DNA of 64,000 bases from an uncultured Lachnospiraceae bacterium (GTDB lineage Bacteria > Bacillota > Clostridia > Lachnospirales > Lachnospiraceae): positions 1,057-65,056 of the forward strand of contig CADAOY010000007.1 in the NCBI GenBank assembly GCA_902789665.1, written 5' to 3'. This document shows, in pieces, positions 1 to 8,393 of the stretch (positions within the stretch are counted from its first letter, which is position 1; every line of letters starts with the position of its first letter). Under the pieces are notes generated by a model, which made no database searches, was not told the DNA's origin, and saw nothing but the letters and a program-made list of their open reading frames with translations. A program made the position numbers and the translations under genes.

Positions 1-213
1 GACATGCCTGATGAGGAAAGAATTGCTAGAGAAAGAGCTATTGCAAATGGTGAAGAAGTTCCTCCTGCTGAACATCTTGAGTTTACTATTACTGTTTTGA
101 TTCAAAACGCAACTGCTAACGAAGTTAGTCCTGAGGTTGAAGAGGCACTTAGAATGATAAACGCATCTGGTGCTCAAGCAGTTGATGGAAATGTTGAAGG
201 AGGTGCTCAATAA
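1..213 (+). CDS. C-terminal part of a probable type IV pilus assembly protein (PilN-like), truncated at window start
   Basis: Frame is open from base 1 to TAA 211-213; stop overlaps the ATG of the PilO-like gene (TAATG). Identity inferred mainly from position. Confidence 0.45.
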   Translation, partial: DMPDEERIARERAIANGEEVPPAEHLEFTITVLIQNATANEVSPEVEEALRMINASGAQAVDGNVEGGAQ

Positions 214-935
214 TGAAAATTAAAGATAGAGACGTTAAAATCCTTCTGTTATTACTAATTGTTGCTATTGTTGTTTTGCCATACTTGTTTTTCATTAAAC
301 CGACAAATGAAAAGATTGATGCTCTTACAGCGGAAATACAAACCTTATCTGAAAGACAGGCTTATTTACAAGCTCTTGATCAGAACAGAGATTATTACCT
401 TAAGAGTATTGAAGTGCTAAATTCTTCAAGAGATAAGCTGATTGCTAATTATCCTGGTGGTATTAAACAAGAAAACACAATCGTATTCTTGAGAAATTTG
501 GAATTGACAAATCCATTGTCTATGCTTGTTATTTCGTTTGGTGATGTTAATTCTATTCCTGTTTCTGATGCGTATGTAGATCAAAATGGTGAAGAGCATG
601 AAGCTTTAACTGCTAAAGCTCAGACTAATACAATTAACTTTACATGTACTTATGAAGAAATGAAGGCTATGCTTGCTTACTTCAATAATTATGAAGAGAG
701 AATGGTTGTATCTGCCATTACTATGGATAAGAATGAAGCAGGTCTTTTAGAGGGTACTTTTGTTGTTAATCAGTATGCTGTACTTGGTACAGGTAAAGAA
801 CTTGCTCCTGCTAAGATTCCTACTGTTGAACATGGTGTTGTAGATGTCTTCGGAAACTATATTGAAGGTGAAGAAGAACCTCAGGCACAAGTAGAAGAAT
901 CTGGCGAAAATGAAGAAGAGGAAGAAGAAGATTAA
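213..935 (+). CDS. Type IV pilus assembly protein, PilO-like
   Basis: N-terminal TM after 'RDVKILLLL', coiled coil, ferredoxin-like C-terminal pattern (FTCTYEEMKAMLAYFNNYEERMVV), acidic tail; pilin genes follow. Confidence 0.7.
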   Translation: MKIKDRDVKILLLLLIVAIVVLPYLFFIKPTNEKIDALTAEIQTLSERQAYLQALDQNRDYYLKSIEVLNSSRDKLIANYPGGIKQENTIVFLRNLELTNPLSMLVISFGDVNSIPVSDAYVDQNGEEHEALTAKAQTNTINFTCTYEEMKAMLAYFNNYEERMVVSAITMDKNEAGLLEGTFVVNQYAVLGTGKELAPAKIPTVEHGVVDVFGNYIEGEEEPQAQVEESGENEEEEEED

Positions 936-949
936 TAATTAATAACAAT

Positions 950-975
950 TCCTGCGGCGCTTATGCGTCGCAGGA
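950..975 (+). terminator. GC-rich hairpin after pilO-like gene (weak terminator or mRNA stabiliser)
   Basis: TCCTGCGGCGC-TTAT-GCGTCGCAGGA; no clear U-tract. Confidence 0.5.
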
Positions 976-1124
976 TATAGTTATATTGAGCATTTATCAA
1001 AGAAAAGAATTGATTTGGAAGTATTAAAGATGCCACTTTATGGCAATTATTATCAATGGATACTATAATGACTGATTGTTTTTTTTGATAAGATTTCAAA
1101 CATTATTGAATGGGGAGGAAAGGA

Positions 1125-1745
1125 ATGAATGTAAAAAAAGGAAAACCCAATATTAAGAATAATAAAGGTTTTACTCTGATTGAAGTATTGTTGGCCATTG
1201 TTATTCTTTCTTTGGTGAGTGCGCCTATATTACGTGGTTTTGTTGTTACTGCTAATACTTCTGCAAGAGCAAGAAAAATTATGGAAGCTACAGATGTTGC
1301 TCAGCTTGTAGTGGAAGAGATATCTGCAATGACCTTTGATAAAGAATTCACCGATACATTGTTGAAAACAACTTCTACCGAACGTATTTCATCTGTTAAT
1401 TACACCGCTGAAGGTGAAACACTTGCTCTTGATGATGGAAATTTTTTGGTTTATGTTAGGGATCACGCTGCTGACGATAAAAAGTGTTATATTAATGGCA
1501 CAGCTGGTGCAGGTGGGTTTAAACTTCTTGCAATTCCTAATGTTGAGTATGATGGAAAAAAGTATGATGTTATGATTGGTTATAGATCCAACTCAACAGG
1601 TGGTAGCGAAAAGTATTATACATATGATATTAGAGTTCAGGTATATGATCAAGAATCAGGAAGTGATGAATATGGTAATCCAACATATTCTCATTTTAGA
1701 AATCAATTAGTTGAACTTTCTACTCAGATTTCCAATAAGTATTGA
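1125..1745 (+). CDS. Prepilin-type N-terminal cleavage/methylation protein (PilV-like minor pilin)
   Basis: Class III signal KG|FTLIEVLLAIVIL with E5; start placed at ATG 1125 behind GGAGG. Confidence 0.85.
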   Translation: MNVKKGKPNIKNNKGFTLIEVLLAIVILSLVSAPILRGFVVTANTSARARKIMEATDVAQLVVEEISAMTFDKEFTDTLLKTTSTERISSVNYTAEGETLALDDGNFLVYVRDHAADDKKCYINGTAGAGGFKLLAIPNVEYDGKKYDVMIGYRSNSTGGSEKYYTYDIRVQVYDQESGSDEYGNPTYSHFRNQLVELSTQISNKY

Positions 1746-1782
1746 TTTTAGTTTATTGTTTATAACCCGATGGAGGTTTTTT

Positions 1783-3447
1783 ATGAAAAATAATAGAAAA
1801 TATAATAATAATAAGGGAGCTGCATTAATATCTGTTATGATAGCTGTTACTTTTATTACTATTGTAGCTAGCGCTCTTTTATATATGGCCTATATGAATT
1901 TCGCTATGAAGTCTATGAGTGTTCAGTCTAAGTCTAATTTTTATGAGACTGAAGGTTACTTGCAAAATGTTACGGTAAAAATGCAAGATATTATCGCGCA
2001 ATCTTCTAATCCGGAGACAACACTTGCTACTTACATTAGTGATACGGGTGATTATAATTGCAAAAAAATACTTGAGCAGAGTTATTCTTCGTATGGAGTG
2101 ACCGGTGACGCTGATTCGGCTTCTTTTGAAATAGATGGAGATACCGTTACTTTAAAGAAGGGAACACTTAAAAAAGCTGTTGAAACCGTTTCGTCTAAGA
2201 CTAAAAAATATACATTTAAAGATTTAACAATCATACAAGAGAATCAAGATGGTTTGGTTAATAATATTAAAACTGATGTTGTTTATTATGTTACCAAAGA
2301 AACTACAAATGCAAAAGCAGGTGGAATTGGCGAATTCTCAATGTTGATGGATGGATCTTTGTCTTCTTCTGGTGGCAAATTTGATTCTATGACTTTATAT
2401 GGAAATAATTTTATATCTGATGCGGAATATCGTTCTGATTTAGGTAGAACTATTCCTGGTGATAGTGCTATTGTGTTAGATAATTGTGCTAAAATAACAA
2501 TGGCTGGTGAGTATTGTGTTGTATATGGTGATATTCATTTATATAATAGTTCATCATTGATTGTAACCAAAGGAAATCTTTGTGTTTATGGTGACATTTA
2601 TTTACATGATCAAAGTACTTTGATATGCTCCGGAAATATTTATATGGTTCCAGAGGCTCTTGGTGATATATATGGAAGGACGGATCCAACAAGTATTAAA
2701 TGTGATGGTTCATTATCAGAACACTTATATCCAGCATCGTTAGGCGTTCAGTCAATTCCTAAAGCAAATTTCGATAGAGTTGTTCAAATTTTGCATTATG
2801 ATGTTAATGATGAAAAGGATGATGGCTTAGTTTATCAAATTATCAATCCACAGGGTGCTCCTATATATGAGAGAACTGGTGATGGAGCAGGGGCTTCATT
2901 TGTTCTTGTTGATGGAAATCCAGTTCCTACCGGTGATTATATCAAATATACAGATTTAAACAATGAATTTTATAAATCAGCCAATGTCGCAGGAAGAGTA
3001 ATGGGTTGGGGGTCAACCGGTTGTAAGACATCTTTTAATGCCGGCGATTTCGATAACCGTTTGGCTTTTCTAATTAAGGATGGCGCTGTTATAAAAGAAA
3101 CATGTTATAATAGTACGATTATATCTCCTTACCCAATTGTATATAGTGAAGCACATGGTATTCAGTTAAGTAAAATTGGTGAAGATATGTTTAATTATCT
3201 TTCAGTTAAGTACTGGGATACTACTAATCCAATGTGGAATTCATCTTTATTCTATAATATAGATTATTCTGTTAATGGAAATAATTATCACGGATATCCA
3301 TTGTCATGTGGTGATTTCTTTGTTCCTGGATGTAATGAAATTGTTAATGAAGTTTTAACAAAGTCTGCAAATGGTGGTGGTGGTGGTACACCAATAATTA
3401 TTTCGTCTTTGACTTTTGAGAACTGGGTTAAGGACTCTGAAGATTAA
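1783..3447 (+). CDS. Large PilX-like minor pilin
   Basis: NNKG|AALISVMIAVTFITIV (no E5, typical of PilX/GspK-type); ATG 1783 behind GGAGG; long C-terminal extension. Confidence 0.75.
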   Translation: MKNNRKYNNNKGAALISVMIAVTFITIVASALLYMAYMNFAMKSMSVQSKSNFYETEGYLQNVTVKMQDIIAQSSNPETTLATYISDTGDYNCKKILEQSYSSYGVTGDADSASFEIDGDTVTLKKGTLKKAVETVSSKTKKYTFKDLTIIQENQDGLVNNIKTDVVYYVTKETTNAKAGGIGEFSMLMDGSLSSSGGKFDSMTLYGNNFISDAEYRSDLGRTIPGDSAIVLDNCAKITMAGEYCVVYGDIHLYNSSSLIVTKGNLCVYGDIYLHDQSTLICSGNIYMVPEALGDIYGRTDPTSIKCDGSLSEHLYPASLGVQSIPKANFDRVVQILHYDVNDEKDDGLVYQIINPQGAPIYERTGDGAGASFVLVDGNPVPTGDYIKYTDLNNEFYKSANVAGRVMGWGSTGCKTSFNAGDFDNRLAFLIKDGAVIKETCYNSTIISPYPIVYSEAHGIQLSKIGEDMFNYLSVKYWDTTNPMWNSSLFYNIDYSVNGNNYHGYPLSCGDFFVPGCNEIVNEVLTKSANGGGGGTPIIISSLTFENWVKDSED

Positions 3448-3467
3448 AAACAAATAGGAGAAAATGT

Positions 3468-3956
3468 ATGAAAAATAATAATAAAGGTTTTTCCTATGTT
3501 GAACTTATATTAGTACTTGCGATTATGTCACTTATGATTGCAATGATAGGTTTATCATATGGTTTAGTCACAAGGAATAATGTTACTAAAGCTGCAGCTA
3601 AAATGGAATCCTTATTTAATACTGCAAGGATTACTTCTCTTAGCAAAGGCTCTGAAGCAGGAGCACTGAATTTTAGAGCAGAAAATGGAATAATTTATTA
3701 TGGCATAGGAAAATATGATGCAGATCCTGATCATAATGAGGTTGAGTGGGTTAAGTTTGCTCAGTCTCCAGTATATGTGACTTTATCTAATAGTGGAGGT
3801 AATGTAGATTTAGGCACATCTGTTGTAACATTTAAGTATAATCCTTCTTCTGGAGCGTTTAAGGCGTGCCCATATAGTTCGCTTATTTTAAGCAATGGAA
3901 GAACTTCGAGTACCCTCGTGTTGTATAGTAATACAGGAAAGTGTGAGGTTAAATAA
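3468..3956 (+). CDS. Prepilin-type protein (FimT/GspH-like minor pilin)
   Basis: KG|FSYVELILVLAIM motif; AGGAG RBS. Confidence 0.85.
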   Translation: MKNNNKGFSYVELILVLAIMSLMIAMIGLSYGLVTRNNVTKAAAKMESLFNTARITSLSKGSEAGALNFRAENGIIYYGIGKYDADPDHNEVEWVKFAQSPVYVTLSNSGGNVDLGTSVVTFKYNPSSGAFKACPYSSLILSNGRTSSTLVLYSNTGKCEVK

Positions 3957-3968
3957 TTAGGAGGCAAT

Positions 3969-5255
3969 ATGAATAATAATAAAGGATATTCATTAACAGA
4001 ACTTCTTCTTGCTATTTTTATCTTAAGTATTGTTATGCTTGGAATAGCAGGTATACTTAGGTCTACTTCTCAGTTCTACAGAAATGGTGTTCAGGAAGTT
4101 AGAGTTCAGGAAGAGGCTCAATTGGCGGTCAATTTAATTGAAGAAATGCTTGTTGATGCAAAGACTAAACCTACTTTTGATAATGATGTCGAAGGAGGTG
4201 GAAGTGGTGTATGCAAGTTATCTTTTAAAGATGAAACTGGCACTGATGTAAATGTGAAGTATTATCCACAATCAAATGCTAGTCATCCTAATCAGTTAAC
4301 CATAGATTATGATGATGGTACTCCGGATGATGATGAGATATTAGCAGATTATGTAACAAGTTTTGTTGTTGATGGTATTGATGCAACTCCTGCTGATGGT
4401 GATAATAAGATAAGTGTTTCTGTTTCAATGGATAACAGGGGATATAAATATACAGCTTCTAAAGAAGTATTTATGAGAAATTTAGTTGAGAATAATACAA
4501 TTTCCATAAATACTACTTTAACAGATGATGACGATGATGATACAGATTGGGATTATGAAATTGTTTTAAATAGATTTGATTCATATAATGTTACTACAAT
4601 GTGCGGAGCAGATCCGACAAAAACCATTACTAAATTAAATAATTTTGATACTGATTATCAAGTTGATACAAGTACAGGATGTATTGTTGTTAAAATTAAA
4701 GATGCTGTTTCCCAGGCCTTTGCAACAAAAACTACTCCGACATATGCCGATGCCGGATTGCAGTGTACTATGCCTGATGGAACAACAACTATTAAAATTA
4801 AATTTACCTTTTTACCGGTTGTAATTGCAGCTGATCCGAATTCGGATATTTATGTACATTATAATAATGATGCTGGTGTTAATGACCAACAGGGTTATCA
4901 AACATATTTAAATGTTCAGGGAATTGATATAAATAAAGCATTAGCTTCTGGTGCTTTTACCGGCACAGCTAAAGTGTCAGTTGGTTCTGGTGCAGAGTAT
5001 GAATACACGATGCTCTCTGATCAAAAGACAATGGCAAATATGGGTAATATTGATGTTGCTCAGTTGAAGTTTGCTGTAGAACCAGCTATTCTTGATAATG
5101 GTATTATTATTTCATGCGGAAATGGTGCACAGATTGGCTCGTATTCTGGTACTAATGATTTGAATGTAAAAATTATTTTGAAAAGAGCAAGTGATGGTGC
5201 TGTGTATACTTTCCCAGTAACGTATAAGTTTAGAATTGCTGGTAACGTATTATAA
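3969..5255 (+). CDS. Prepilin-type protein (PilW-like) with long C-terminal domain
   Basis: KG|YSLTELLLAIFIL motif; 'VQEEAQLAVNLIEEML' helix typical of PilW-like pilins. Confidence 0.8.
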   Translation: MNNNKGYSLTELLLAIFILSIVMLGIAGILRSTSQFYRNGVQEVRVQEEAQLAVNLIEEMLVDAKTKPTFDNDVEGGGSGVCKLSFKDETGTDVNVKYYPQSNASHPNQLTIDYDDGTPDDDEILADYVTSFVVDGIDATPADGDNKISVSVSMDNRGYKYTASKEVFMRNLVENNTISINTTLTDDDDDDTDWDYEIVLNRFDSYNVTTMCGADPTKTITKLNNFDTDYQVDTSTGCIVVKIKDAVSQAFATKTTPTYADAGLQCTMPDGTTTIKIKFTFLPVVIAADPNSDIYVHYNNDAGVNDQQGYQTYLNVQGIDINKALASGAFTGTAKVSVGSGAEYEYTMLSDQKTMANMGNIDVAQLKFAVEPAILDNGIIISCGNGAQIGSYSGTNDLNVKIILKRASDGAVYTFPVTYKFRIAGNVL

Positions 5256-5270
5256 TTAAACATATTCATA

Positions 5271-5312
5271 AAACAAACAAATCCGTCGGCTTTGGCCGAC
5301 GGATTGTTGTTT
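5271..5312. terminator. Bidirectional intrinsic terminator between convergent genes
   Basis: AATCCGTCGGC-TTTG-GCCGACGGATT with A-rich 5' and T-rich 3' flanks. Confidence 0.85.
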
Positions 5313-5357
5313 ATAGAGATATGTAATTAAATGTGTGGTTATGATATGTGGCTGTTA

Positions 5358-5807
5358 TTAATCCTCAATCATAACCATTTCCATTATATTGTAAGGCAAG
5401 AGGCTGTAGCTGCAGGATTTATATGTGGCTATGGCCCTTTCGTTTTCTGGTTCGACTTCGAGTTTGAATCTGACGATGTCAGGGTAGAGGGATGGGAGAG
5501 TTTTAAAGAATTCTCTGGAGATGCCCTGGCGGCGGTATTCCGGTTTTATGTATAAATCTTCAATCCAGCCGCAGAGTCCGCCGTATTCGGTGGTGAAGCT
5601 CTTGGAAACCATGGCATAGCCGGCAATCTGGTTATCTACCATGAAGACATAGCCATCAAGGTAAGGATTATCGCCTATGCAGGCATCTATATCGTTCTTA
5701 AGTACCTGGTCTGAAGAGGTATGTAAAACAGCAGGGGAGTCGTAAAAGACTCTCATCATGCCCAGGACCTCATCGTAGTGTTCTTTATTCATTCTTACTA
5801 TTTCCAT
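5358..5807 (-). CDS. GNAT family N-acetyltransferase
   Basis: IEDLYIKPEYRRQGIS acetyl-CoA motif A; LEVEPENERAIATY motif B. Confidence 0.9.
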   Translation of the reverse strand: MEIVRMNKEHYDEVLGMMRVFYDSPAVLHTSSDQVLKNDIDACIGDNPYLDGYVFMVDNQIAGYAMVSKSFTTEYGGLCGWIEDLYIKPEYRRQGISREFFKTLPSLYPDIVRFKLEVEPENERAIATYKSCSYSLLPYNIMEMVMIED

Positions 5808-5905
5808 TTTGAACTCCTTGAAATTTTTGTTAAATATTATCTTTTATAATTATAACATAATTGGAATCTATGTTATAATAGTAACGTTGATGTTAAGGAG
5901 AGATA

Positions 5906-7120
5906 ATGACAGATTTAAAATATATACAACTTAAGAAAGGCGAAGGCAGGACCATTAAGGCGGGCGGAGCCTGGATATTTGATAATGAGATTGCCAGGAT
6001 GGCGGATGATATAGAAGATGGCGATATTGTTAAAGTCTATGACTTTGATGAATATCCAATGGGACAGGGTTATATTAATAGAAAATCCAAAATCACCGTC
6101 CGTATGCTTTCAAGAAATATTGATGCTGTGATTGACGAGGCTTTCTTTAAGGAAAGAGTTAAAAGAGCGTGGCAGTATCGTAAGGATAACGTGGATATAT
6201 CATCCTGCAGAGTTATATTTGGTGAGGCTGACTTTCTGCCTGGTATTGTGGTAGATAAGTACGAAGATGTGCTGGTAGTTGAGTCCTTAACTTTAGGAAT
6301 TGATAAATGGAAGATTGTTATTATAGATGCTCTTAAAAATATTATGTCAACTGATGGCATCATGATAAGAGGAGTCTATGAGCGTTCAGATGCAAAAGTA
6401 CGACTTAAAGAGGGACTTGAGAGATATAAGGGATTTATAGGTCCTGAGTTTGATACTGAAGTAATAATTACAGAGAATAATGTTAAATATTATGTGGATG
6501 TAGAGAATGGTCAGAAAACAGGTTTCTTCCTGGATCAGAAATATAACCGCCTTGCAATGCAAAATCTGGTATCTAAAATGGACAAACCGTCCGTACTTGA
6601 CTGTTTTACCCATACAGGTTCTTTTGCCCTTAATACAGGGCTGGCAGGAGCGAGAGAGGTATTAGGTCTTGATGCATCCGAACTTGCCATAGAAGAGGCA
6701 AGAAAGAACGCAGAATTAAATGGTCTTTCTGACAGAGTTCATTTTGAGGTGGCTGACGTACTTGAGTGGCTTCCAAAGAAGGTGGAAGAAGGGGTTAAGT
6801 ATGATGTGGTAATACTTGACCCGCCGGCTTTTACCAAATCAAGGGATACCATTAAGAAGGCAGCCAAGGGATATAGGGAAATTAATGTGTGCGGTATGAA
6901 ACTTGTAAGAAACGGTGGCTATCTGGCTACATGTTCATGCTCACATTTTATGGATAATGATACTTTTATGAGCGTTATAGCGCAGTCTGCAAGGTCTGCT
7001 CATAAGAGACTTAGACAGGTAGAATTCAGGACTCAGTCTGCCGATCATCCGATTCTCTGGTCTGCAGATGAGAGCTATTATCTTAAATTTTATATATTCC
7101 AGGTATGTGAGGAAGAATGA
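5906..7120 (+). CDS. rlmI: RlmI-like class I SAM-dependent rRNA m5C methyltransferase with PUA domain
   Basis: PUA N-terminus, GQKTGFFLDQ, VLDCFTHTGSF, DVVILDPPAF and TCSCSH motifs. Confidence 0.8.
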   Translation: MTDLKYIQLKKGEGRTIKAGGAWIFDNEIARMADDIEDGDIVKVYDFDEYPMGQGYINRKSKITVRMLSRNIDAVIDEAFFKERVKRAWQYRKDNVDISSCRVIFGEADFLPGIVVDKYEDVLVVESLTLGIDKWKIVIIDALKNIMSTDGIMIRGVYERSDAKVRLKEGLERYKGFIGPEFDTEVIITENNVKYYVDVENGQKTGFFLDQKYNRLAMQNLVSKMDKPSVLDCFTHTGSFALNTGLAGAREVLGLDASELAIEEARKNAELNGLSDRVHFEVADVLEWLPKKVEEGVKYDVVILDPPAFTKSRDTIKKAAKGYREINVCGMKLVRNGGYLATCSCSHFMDNDTFMSVIAQSARSAHKRLRQVEFRTQSADHPILWSADESYYLKFYIFQVCEEE

Positions 7121-7124
7121 TATA

Positions 7125-7961
7125 ATGATAAAGTATATTGATAAGACATATGATGAAGAAAGGGCTTTATACGGCTCTGACGGACTGCAGGTAATTAACT
7201 GTAAGTTTGACGGCCCGGCAGACGGCGAGAGCGCTCTCAAGGAGAGTAAGAATATCGAAGTGGATGGATGTTATTGCAATTTAAGATATCCATTCTGGCA
7301 TGACACCAATCTTAAAATTACCAATACCGAAATGACAGACAAATGCAGGGCTGCATTATGGTATTCAGAAAATATTTATATTTCAGATACAAAACTTCAT
7401 GGTATCAAGGCGCTTAGAGAGTGTAAGGATATCGAGATTGTAAACAGCGACATTATATCTCCAGAGTTTGGCTGGTCGGTATCTAATTTCAAAATTTCCG
7501 ACTCCTCAGCTGAATCCGAGTATTTTATGATGCGTTCAGATCATCTTAACTTTGATAATGTTAAGCTTAAGGGTAAATATTCATTTCAGTATATTTCGGA
7601 CTGTATTTTTACCAATTGTAATTTTGATACCAAGGATGCTTTCTGGCATGGAAAGAATATTCTTATTAAGGACAGTATTGTTAAGGGAGAATATCTGGCC
7701 TGGTATTCAGAGAATCTGACTTTTGAGAACTGTACAATTATAGGTACGCAGCCCCTGTGTTACTGTAAAAATCTTAAAATGATTAACTGCCAGATGATTG
7801 AGGCAGACCTTTCTTTTGAAAAATCAGAGGTGGATGCTACGATTCTTAGTGAGGTTATCAGTATTAAGAATCCAAAGAGTGGAAAAATATATGTTCCCGG
7901 CGTTAAGGAAATCATTATGGATGATGAGAATGCAAAGGGTGAGATAATAATTAAAAAATAA
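7125..7961 (+). CDS. DUF3737 family protein
   Basis: EERALY..GESALKE..LRYPFWH..GEYLAWYS..GTQPLCY pattern recognised as DUF3737; start moved to ATG 7125. Confidence 0.8.
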   Translation: MIKYIDKTYDEERALYGSDGLQVINCKFDGPADGESALKESKNIEVDGCYCNLRYPFWHDTNLKITNTEMTDKCRAALWYSENIYISDTKLHGIKALRECKDIEIVNSDIISPEFGWSVSNFKISDSSAESEYFMMRSDHLNFDNVKLKGKYSFQYISDCIFTNCNFDTKDAFWHGKNILIKDSIVKGEYLAWYSENLTFENCTIIGTQPLCYCKNLKMINCQMIEADLSFEKSEVDATILSEVISIKNPKSGKIYVPGVKEIIMDDENAKGEIIIKK

Positions 7962-7980
7962 AGGAAAGAGGTAATGAATT

Positions 7981-8322
7981 ATGCCATGTATTGATTGTAA
8001 AGTTACAGTTGAATTAACAGAAGAAAAGAAGGAGCAGCTTAAGTCACAGTTTGGTAAGGCCATTGGTATCTTAGGTAAGCCAGAGACATATCTGATGGTT
8101 ACTTTATCTGACAAGGCTGACATTTATTTAGGCGGTAATAAACTGACTGAAGGCGCAAGCCTTACAGTAAGTGCGCTTGGTGAGATTTCATCTTTTGACA
8201 GCAATAAGATGACTAATACACTTTGTGACATCATTAAGGAAGTAACAGGTATTCCTCCAAGAGGAGTATATATTTCTTACTGGAGCACCAAGAACTGGGG
8301 CTGGAACGGCCAGAATTTCTAA
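7981..8322 (+). CDS. Phenylpyruvate tautomerase, MIF-like
   Basis: Met-Pro N-terminus (catalytic Pro1), LGKPETYLMV, C-terminal WGWNGQNF. Confidence 0.9.
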   Translation: MPCIDCKVTVELTEEKKEQLKSQFGKAIGILGKPETYLMVTLSDKADIYLGGNKLTEGASLTVSALGEISSFDSNKMTNTLCDIIKEVTGIPPRGVYISYWSTKNWGWNGQNF

Positions 8323-8338
8323 TTAAATAACCATAATG

Positions 8339-8378
8339 AGAGCCTTTGTCTAAATGTATATTTAAACAGGGCTCTTTT
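8339..8378 (+). terminator. Intrinsic terminator
   Basis: Imperfect long hairpin AGAGCC...GGCTCT followed by TTT. Confidence 0.6.
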
Positions 8379-8393
8379 GGATAGGAGAGGGAA

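Noticed and set aside
936-1124. c-di-GMP riboswitch upstream of the pilin cassette (also checked before cheV and lysA for riboswitches)
   Set aside because: No recognisable GEMM or class II features; lysA has no leader because it overlaps ung.
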